Both the position numbers and the translations under genes were made by a program. Shown here piece after piece: positions 34,881-40,116 of a stretch of 40,116 nt of DNA. This DNA is from a virus. Location: the IMG/VR virus record IMGVR_UViG_3300045988_114451, positions 1 to 40,116 of that record. One strand, written 5' to 3'. The notes under the pieces are model-generated. The model ran no database searches and was not told the DNA's origin. It worked only from the letters and a program-made list of their open reading frames with translations. Within the stretch, counting starts at the first letter, position 1, and every line of letters starts with the position of its first letter.

Positions 34881-35611
34881 AATCCCTCCCCCTCCGCGGG
34901 AGCACCATTCATACCTTCACCCTTATCCACAACGACGCCCTCGGCGGGCATCTCACGACGCGCACCCAAAAGCGCATCCGCCATCCGCGACAGCTGCTCC
35001 TCGGGTATACCGCTGAAATCATACGAACGCGACGCGCCGCCCTGACGAGCCGTGATGTCCACCTGCACCGGACTGTCCACACCCAACAACTTCGCACGAC
35101 GCTCCATTATTCGCAACAGCACGTCAAGAAACTTCGGATTGCCCACGCTGTCACGCACCGTCTCCGACACCTGTCCGTCCACCGTCTTCACCGTAACACG
35201 CTTCTCGCGGCTCCTGAGGTAGTCAAACCACGCCTCCTTCTCCAGCAAATCCAATTTCGCGCTCTCCTTCGCCACCAGCGTGTCAACCATACCGCTCTCG
35301 CGCATCTTACGCACCTCACCGTCCAGGACCCTCTGTATGTCACAACGCACACGCTCCGGACTGACACGGTACTCCAAGCCGTTGTCCGAAGCCAACCTGT
35401 TCACCTCATCCGCTATCTCCTTGTAACTCCATCCCTGCAGATACCTGCGCATCTCCACGACTCCGTCATACTCCTGCTGACGACGAGTGCGCTCACCCAC
35501 AGCCAACTTCTGAACACCACGTGGCTTCCGCTTTCTCCCCATACCAACCCTCTCACGCTCCCTTACCTCACCACGATACTTCTGCATATATCGCTCAACC
35601 GCCTTTCCCAT
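34877..35611 (-). CDS. terS: Terminase small subunit (HTH-containing).
   Basis: Position upstream of terL, and the GWSYKEIADEVNRL HTH-like segment. Confidence 0.55.
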   Translation of the reverse strand: MGKAVERYMQKYRGEVRERERVGMGRKRKPRGVQKLAVGERTRRQQEYDGVVEMRRYLQGWSYKEIADEVNRLASDNGLEYRVSPERVRCDIQRVLDGEVRKMRESGMVDTLVAKESAKLDLLEKEAWFDYLRSREKRVTVKTVDGQVSETVRDSVGNPKFLDVLLRIMERRAKLLGVDSPVQVDITARQGGASRSYDFSGIPEEQLSRMADALLGARREMPAEGVVVDKGEGMNGAPAEGEGL

Positions 35612-35642
35612 AATTACAAAAATTTTAACATTTTCCGCATAT

Positions 35643-35694
35643 ATAAATATAATATATAAAGGGTTATTTATAAGGCTTTATATATTATATTTAT
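35643..35694. promoter_or_regulatory. Perfect 19-bp inverted repeat with a 14-bp spacer in the AT-rich control region.
   Basis: ATAAATATAATATATAAAG (35643..35661) and its exact reverse complement (35676..35694). Confidence 0.8.
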
Positions 35695-35740
35695 CAATAA
35701 CACTAAACCATAACTAAAACAACAAAACCAACCCCAAACG

Positions 35741-35748
35741 CAAAGTTA
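35741..35748 (-). promoter_or_regulatory. Possible -7 box TAACTTTG for the late operon.
   Basis: caaagtta on the plus strand, about 130 nt upstream of the terS ATG. No correctly spaced -33 element. Confidence 0.3.
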
Positions 35749-36067
35749 TAAAAAATTTATCGCAAATTTTAAGGGAGACTTTTCGTGCCCCCTCCCTTTC
35801 CCTACCCCCCCCTCTCTCCACAACCCCGGAGAGGGTGAAAAATGTTCCTGAATTTCAAAGCGCACAGGGCGAAAGATAGTCTAAAGATGTGAAAGAGTGG
35901 TAAAATATAGTCCCTTTGCGGTGGTATGGTTGGTTGTTCAGGCTTGGAGAATTGGCGAAGATATGAAAAAATTATATATAAATTGTTTGTTTAGGTAAGC
36001 AGGTGTAATTGGTTGAGTTGTAGCGTATTAGTGTAGATATGGTTAAAATGTAGTGTAAAATTATTTG

Positions 36068-36117
36068 AAAAAATGTGAAAAATATTTTGCAGATATAAAA
36101 AAATATATATACCTTTG
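36068..36117 (+). promoter_or_regulatory. Early promoter copy c, the only plus-strand copy.
   Basis: AAAAAATGTGAAAAATATTTTGCAGATATAAAAAAATATATATACCTTTG, with TTTG at 36086..36089, a 20-nt gap, and TACCTTTG at 36110..36117. Confidence 0.65.
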
Positions 36118-36179
36118 CATCGTTGAAAGTTAAACAATAAGCCTGCGCTATCGAGGGGGCAATATCGGGCGAAAACATT

Positions 36180-36548
36180 ATGAAAGCATATAACTACGAA
36201 GAGGCAGTAAAAAACGATGTACGCACATGGATTGAGGATAATGTGACATTTTCAGAATGGGAGGGTGACCGCGAAGGACTGGCTGAGTATTTGGACGATG
36301 AATTAATTACATCTGACAGTGTGACCGGAAACACCTCGGGGTCTTATACTTTTAACGCTTGGGAGGCTGAAGAAAATATTTGCCATAATATGGAGTTGCT
36401 CGGGGAGGCTTTCGAGGAATTCGGAGTTGACGCCGGGCAGATGCTCAAGAAAGGCGCGGAGGCCTGCGATGTCTTAATAAGGTGCTACCTGCTCGGCTCG
36501 GCTATTGCCGCCGTGCTCGATGAGCTGGAGGAGGAAGGGCGCATCTAA
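36180..36548 (+). CDS. Highly acidic 122-aa protein of unknown function. It is the only plus-strand gene.
   Basis: The ORF has its own promoter and terminator. Acidic residues far outnumber basic ones by eye. Confidence 0.75.
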   Translation: MKAYNYEEAVKNDVRTWIEDNVTFSEWEGDREGLAEYLDDELITSDSVTGNTSGSYTFNAWEAEENICHNMELLGEAFEEFGVDAGQMLKKGAEACDVLIRCYLLGSAIAAVLDELEEEGRI

Positions 36549-36640
36549 CAAATAGCCGTCTCGGAGTGTTCCGGGCGAAAATCTGCCAGCGTTGACGACG
36601 CAGGCAACAAAACGCACCCGTTGCGAATTAATTAACATTT

Positions 36641-36677
36641 TGCCCGGCGTGGGTGATACCTGCACCGGGCATTTTTA
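36641..36677 (+). terminator. Rho-independent terminator.
   Basis: tgcccgg (36641..36647) pairs with ccgggca (36665..36671), followed by TTTTT. Confidence 0.65.
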
Positions 36678-36857
36678 TAAAAGCACGCAAGGCGGCTAAA
36701 TAGCCGTTTTCGGCTCGTTGTGGTATAGTTATATTACCGATGTGTGAAAGTGCCCGAAATGCCGCCAAAAATGCCAAATAAGGCATAACAGCAAAACAAA
36801 ACAATAGCCGCGCAATCTGCGAAAGGGTCGCACGGCTCAAAATGGGAGGATACAGGG

Positions 36858-37145
36858 CTATTTTGCGCCCTCTGTCTGGTCGTCCGGCTGGTTGCCCGCC
36901 TGGTCGCTCCGTTGCGTCCTGAATGCACGCACGGCGGCGAAATAGGCGCGGAACGCCTGAACCAACGGAACGAGCAGCAGCAGCAGCGGGGCAAATGTCC
37001 ACCCCCACGGAATTATTGACAATTTACACCCCTTCAGGACAATGAAAGGAACGCACAACAACACGGGAGGAAGAACGACGGCAGCCACACCGCGCCAAAT
37101 CATGCGGCGGCGGCGGCGGTTGATTTTGTCCAGCTGTTGCCGCAT
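36858..37145 (-). CDS. Small membrane protein with an Arg-rich N-terminus.
   Basis: The MRQQLDKINRRRRRMIW start at 37145 is followed by two hydrophobic segments. The ORF track's longer form (to 37313) reads through the iteron array, producing recurring KNS tripeptides, and is probably not translated. Confidence 0.5.
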   Translation of the reverse strand: MRQQLDKINRRRRRMIWRGVAAVVLPPVLLCVPFIVLKGCKLSIIPWGWTFAPLLLLLVPLVQAFRAYFAAVRAFRTQRSDQAGNQPDDQTEGAK

Positions 37146-37236
37146 GTCCTCGATGCTCTGCCCGGCGTCGGTGGTTGAGTCGTCCGGGCGTTCCGATGTC
37201 CGGGACTCCCGGTCGGTGGTTGCGTCCGGGGCGGTG

Positions 37237-37436
37237 CGTGAATTTTTAGCCGCGCGGGATTGACGTGAATTTTTAGGCTCCGGCGATGCCTGTGAATTTT
37301 TGGAGCGAAACATGGTACGTGAATTTTTAGCGGGCGAGCCGCCGCGTGAATTTTTGGTCGGGGCGACGCGCCGTGAATTTTTTACAAAGTGTCCGCCGCG
37401 TGAATTTTCAGCCTGTACGGACGGACGTGAATTTTC
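37237..37436. repeat. Iteron array: eight copies of (C/T)GTGAATTTT(T) at exactly 27-bp spacing with non-conserved GC-rich spacers.
   Basis: Core starts at 37237, 37264, 37291, 37318, 37345, 37372, 37399 and 37426. A ninth copy is at 37782..37792. Confidence 0.9.
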
Positions 37437-37755
37437 AGAGCCTGCGCATCTCGTCCTCTATGCCCGAGCACCGCGCCCACATGTCGCGCAGCCTCCAGTC
37501 ATAGCGCAGGTTCTCCCTGAAGCGCACGACATCATAATACACGATGCTGTAACTCCTGCGGGAAAACCGCGCTATGTCCCCGAGATGCATGTTCAGGACG
37601 GTGAACGCGAGGTAATGGAAGCAGGCACGCGCGGAGACGAGCGGGGCGGTGCGCCTCCTCTCGAAGATGTCGTCATACCCGGACGCATCTCCGACAATAC
37701 GCGCCAGCGTTTCCATCCGATATGTATCCTGAACATCCATACCGCAAATATACAC
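37435..37755 (-). CDS. DnaA C-terminal (domain IV)-like HTH DNA-binding protein with no AAA+ domain.
   Basis: DIFERRRTAPLVSARACFHYLAFTVLNMHLGDIARFSRRSYSIVYYDVVRFRENL aligns by eye with E. coli DnaA [52 protein letters not shown]. The start codon is uncertain. Confidence 0.6.
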   Translation of the reverse strand: MYICGMDVQDTYRMETLARIVGDASGYDDIFERRRTAPLVSARACFHYLAFTVLNMHLGDIARFSRRSYSIVYYDVVRFRENLRYDWRLRDMWARCSGIEDEMRRL

Positions 37756-37794
37756 ATTTTCAAAAGGATATCGCGATTGTGCGTGAATTTTTCA

Positions 37795-37902
37795 TCAGTC
37801 ATCGTCTGTGTCGCAGGACGAGACGAGGACAAGAAGTATCAGTGCCGAGCATCCCAAGGACGCCAATATGCCCAGTGCCACAAGAAGCCAAATCCACCAC
37901 AT
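37795..37902 (-). CDS. Possible 35-aa single-TM peptide.
   Basis: MWWIWLLVALGILASLGCSALILLVLVSSCDTDDD. The longer ORF-track version has an implausible N-terminus. Confidence 0.3.
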   Translation of the reverse strand: MWWIWLLVALGILASLGCSALILLVLVSSCDTDDD

Positions 37903-38092
37903 AATCAACCCTCCCTTTTCCTTGCCTTTTGGCGTGCGTATGCAGCCGCACCGCCCTTTCCCCAACGTGCAGATACCTGCTCGAAGGTATCGTTGATGTA
38001 GCAGTGGTTTTCCGTCCATTTCACACTGTGCTGCAAGTCGGCGTTGCCCGATGTCCTCGCGAATTGTCCGTCAAAGTCCATGATGCCGTGAA

Positions 38093-38476
38093 TTAGAATG
38101 GTAAATCCTCGTCTGTCGCGCCGGATGCCTCGGCTGTCGCGGCTTGAATGCCGGGTGCGTCCACATCCACCTCCACCGCATCCACGGATGCCGCTCCGAA
38201 AGGCTTGAGGTCGCCCAGTATCGGCTGTGAGTTGCGCTCCGCCTCAGTCATCCTGTCGCGCTCGTCCTTGCGGAGTGAACGCTTGACGAGGTGCGTGCCG
38301 CCGAACTTGCCCGGCTGCCTGAGCTCGATTGCGGCGAGGTCAAGATATGCCGCGCCGCTCTGTGCGCAGAAGATGCCGTTCTTCTCCACGGGGATGATGA
38401 CGCAGTTCTCACCCCTTACGCTGCCGAGGAACGCTCCGTCGAGTTTCCTCAAATCAATCTTCAATGAATAATTCAT
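38093..38476 (-). CDS. Phage protein with an SSB-type acidic C-terminal tip (...TDEDLPF). Paralogue of 4909..5223.
   Basis: The C-terminus matches the bacterial SSB tip pattern D-D-D-I-P-F, and the N-terminal 90 aa aligns with the 104-aa paralogue. Confidence 0.7.
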   Translation of the reverse strand: MNYSLKIDLRKLDGAFLGSVRGENCVIIPVEKNGIFCAQSGAAYLDLAAIELRQPGKFGGTHLVKRSLRKDERDRMTEAERNSQPILGDLKPFGAASVDAVEVDVDAPGIQAATAEASGATDEDLPF

Positions 38477-38675
38477 AACTTGAAAAATTAAATGTTAAAT
38501 AAACTGTTCCGTTGTTCCCGTGTGGACGGCCAGGCCCGCACGAGAAAAGACATATTAAAACAACGCGGCCCGCACCTCACGGCGAATGACAGTTGTTGTT
38601 AATGGGCAGGACTTGCCCCGCCTGCCCTTCGGGATATGTAAAGTTACAAATATTTTTTGAAAAATAAAACGATTT

Positions 38676-38849
38676 TCACTTTCCACAAAATGCAATTCTG
38701 TAAGGCTTGTTTTTCAGCGTCGGACGCTGTTCCTCGACGAACTTCCGGAGGTCTTGTTCGTCAAGCGGGAACAGAGGGCAGTACTCGTATGTGAGCGTGC
38801 ACTGCCACCTGTCGCCGAGCATGACATCAAACTTAATCTTCTTCATCAT
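38676..38849 (-). CDS. 57-aa hypothetical protein (below the ORF-track length cutoff).
   Basis: Manual translation gives MMKKIKFDVMLGDRWQCTLTYEYCPLFPLDEQDLRKFVEEQRPTLKNKPYRIAFCGK. Its ATG overlaps the end of the SSB reading frame. Confidence 0.5.
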   Translation of the reverse strand: MMKKIKFDVMLGDRWQCTLTYEYCPLFPLDEQDLRKFVEEQRPTLKNKPYRIAFCGK

Positions 38850-39145
38850 TGATAATCTTTGTGACGATGATTTCGGGCATTATCTTTTCAGTGTTGTATT
38901 CATCAACATATTTTCGGTATTCAAGTCGTCCGATTATGTGAACCCACGCCCCTTTTTCTATCTTCGTCAGGTCAACTTCATCTGAAGAGTATGCGTGACA
39001 GTTATGCCACGATGTTTCTGCCGTGTGACATCCGCCGCTGTTGTAAACCTGTATCGTGCAGAGTTGAAATCTTGCGTATTCCGTACCCCCCGATGACTTT
39101 CTTTAATACCCTACCTATACGCCCTGCAAATTCTATTTGATTCAT
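38833..39145 (-). pseudogene. ssb: OB-fold single-stranded DNA-binding protein gene interrupted by a 1-nt frameshift at a G6 tract. Not in the ORF track.
   Basis: ATG at 39145. Dropping one G at comp(39086..39091) gives MNQIEFAGRIGRVLKKVIGGTEYARFQLCTIQVYNSGGCHTAETSWHNCHAYSSDEVDLTKIEKGAWVHIIGRLEYRKYVDEYNTEKIMPEIIVTKIINDEED, which fits the SSB pattern (GRLG..., W-H, KG..V.I.GRL, E.IV). Confidence 0.7.
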
Positions 39146-39180
39146 ATATTCCTCTTTCATAACGGTTGATTTTTCGTTTT

Positions 39181-40116
39181 TTATTGCGGATTCTGTAAAA
39201 TTTCTACTAAAACTCCATTTACCAGCTTATACCAAGTATCTGCCTTGACCTGTTCTCCGTCCACTTTGAATGCCTTAATATCCTTTATGGGATAGCCCGC
39301 GCCATCCCATTTATCGCGCTCGGCAAGCACAATCCAAGTTCCCAATGCTCCGCGTGCTTTGCTATCATAACCCACACTCATTGCAATAGAGTGTTTGCCC
39401 GATGTTTCCGCTGCACCATTGTCGCCCGAATTGGATGCTGCACCATAATCGCCCGAATTGGATGCTGCACCATAATAGCCCGAATTGGATGCTGCACCAT
39501 AATAGCCCGAATTGGATGCTGCACCCTTATAGCCCGAATTGGATGCTGCACCCTTATAGCCCGAATTGGATGCTGCACCCTTGTCGCCCGAATTGGATGC
39601 TGCACCATAATCGCCCGAATTGGATGCTACACCATAATAGCCCGAATTGGATGCTGCACCATAATAGCCCGAATTGGATGCTACACCCCTATAGCCCGAA
39701 TTGGATGCTGCACCATAATCGCCCGAATTGGATGCTGCACCATAATCGCCCGAATTGGATGCTACACCCTTATAGCCCGAATTGGATGCTGCACCCTTAT
39801 AGCCCGAATTGGATGCTGCACCCTTATCGCCCGAATTGGATGCTGCACCATTGTCGCCCGAATTGGATGCTGCACCATAATCGCCCGAATTGGATGCTGC
39901 ACCATAATCGCCCGAATTGGATGCTGCACCCTTATAGCCCGAATTGGATGCTGCACCATAATTGCCCGAATTGGATGCTGCACCCTTATTGCCCGAATTG
40001 GATGCTGCACCATTGTCGCCCGAATTGGATGCTGCACCATTGTCGCCCGAATTGGATGCTACACCATAATAGCCCGAATTGGATGCTGCACCCTTATAGC
40101 CCGAATTGGATGCTGC
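39181..40116 (-). CDS. C-terminal part of the repeat protein begun at 470..1: about 27 nine-residue repeats plus a roughly 70-aa C-terminal domain.
   Basis: The frame of the listed 66-aa ORF (39181..39381) stays open upstream through ...NGAAETSGKHSIAMSVGYDS and reads GAASNSG[YDN][KYNR] across the whole array to the window edge. Confidence 0.8.
   Translation of the reverse strand, partial: AASNSGYKGAASNSGYYGVASNSGDNGAASNSGDNGAASNSGNKGAASNSGNYGAASNSGYKGAASNSGDYGAASNSGDYGAASNSGDNGAASNSGDKGAASNSGYKGAASNSGYKGVASNSGDYGAASNSGDYGAASNSGYRGVASNSGYYGAASNSGYYGVASNSGDYGAASNSGDKGAASNSGYKGAASNSGYKGAASNSGYYGAASNSGYYGAASNSGDYGAASNSGDNGAAETSGKHSIAMSVGYDSKARGALGTWIVLAERDKWDGAGYPIKDIKAFKVDGEQVKADTWYKLVNGVLVEILQNPQ
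39398..40116 (-). repeat. 27-nt coding tandem repeat array (about 26.6 units).
   Basis: An invariant 20-nt core cccgaattggatgctgcacc (a few units have gctacacc) alternates with a 7-nt variable segment: cttatag, cttattg, ataatcg, ataatag, attgtcg, cttgtcg, cctatag, cttatcg or ataattg. Confidence 0.95.

Noticed and set aside
5035-35045. Long plus-strand ORFs antisense to structural and early genes (for example 5035..6153, 10132..11142, 19230..20417, 26585..27862, 29368..30099, 33273..35045).
   Set aside because: They are typical shadow ORFs of a GC-rich genome. They are R/P/H/L-rich, carry no recognisable motifs, and each is fully nested opposite a minus-strand gene with clear motifs or operon packing.
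37237-37436. The iteron array as a mini-CRISPR array or a type III toxin-antitoxin (ToxI-like) RNA repeat.
   Set aside because: The conserved core is only about 11 nt with 16-nt spacers, far below CRISPR repeat and spacer sizes, and there are no cas genes. ToxI-like arrays have near-identical full-length repeats followed by an endoribonuclease gene, and neither is present.
36858-38001. The long forms of ORF 36858..37313 (N-terminal KNS-rich 56 aa) and plus-strand ORF 37300..38001 (REF-rich).
   Set aside because: Their periodic tripeptides are simply translations of AAAAATTCAC / GTGAATTTT iterons. The plus-strand ORF is also antisense to the DnaA-C-like gene.
39378-40040. ORF-track ORFs reading MVQHPIRAI... 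(39378..39608, 39762..40040), and the plus-strand ORF 37..300 reading MDAAPLLPELD...
   Set aside because: They are alternative-frame or antisense readings of the 27-nt tandem repeat. The frame contiguous with both the N-terminal domain (ATG at 470) and the C-terminal domain (stop at 39181) reads GAASNSGxx and is the only one that links real flanking domains.

Overview
The window is essentially one complete tailed dsDNA phage genome of about 40 kb. The first 47 nt are identical to the last 47 nt, so the contig is circularly closed or permuted, and the break falls inside a gene. All convincing genes but one lie on the minus strand. Promoter-like elements match the Bacteroidota TTTG / TAnnTTTG architecture, which suggests a Bacteroidota host with fairly high GC. 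In minus-strand transcription order, 35611 down to about 11563 holds the late genes: small and large terminase, a DUF1064-like protein, portal, scaffold, major capsid, connector proteins, a membrane-protein moron, a chaperone-like protein, a 1003-aa tape measure, distal tail proteins, two visibly lower-GC repeat-rich tail fibres, and a candidate lysis cassette interrupted by an AT-rich HNH/NUMOD homing endonuclease. From 11381 down to 1, wrapping to 40116 and ending at 36858, come the early genes: an XRE-type HTH, a Rad52-like annealase, Gp157-like and NinB-like proteins, a replication organiser, three DNA methyltransferases, one canonical tRNA-Met, a GC-rich island of tRNA-like RNA modules, HNH endonuclease, dUTPase, a large 9-aa-repeat protein split by the window edges, SSB-type genes, and a DnaA domain-IV-like protein beside an iteron array. 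The single plus-strand gene (36180..36548) encodes a very acidic protein. Seven things deserve a second look. (1) Eight DnaA-box-like iterons are spaced at exactly 27 bp, next to a DnaA-C-terminal-domain-only protein. (2) The edge-spanning repeat protein is missing from the ORF track, and its variation is confined to two of every nine residues. (3) A roughly 375-nt non-coding island carries tRNA-like T-arm/acceptor modules that I could not fold into cloverleaves. (4) Two unrelated proteins end in SSB-tip-like D-[LF]-P-F tails. (5) An OB-fold SSB gene and a 57-aa gene are absent from the ORF track. (6) G-homopolymer tracts interrupt or sit inside methyltransferase and SSB genes. (7) Three copies of a roughly 50-bp early promoter are nearly identical. 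All family names come from motif recognition by eye or from memory. No database search was run.
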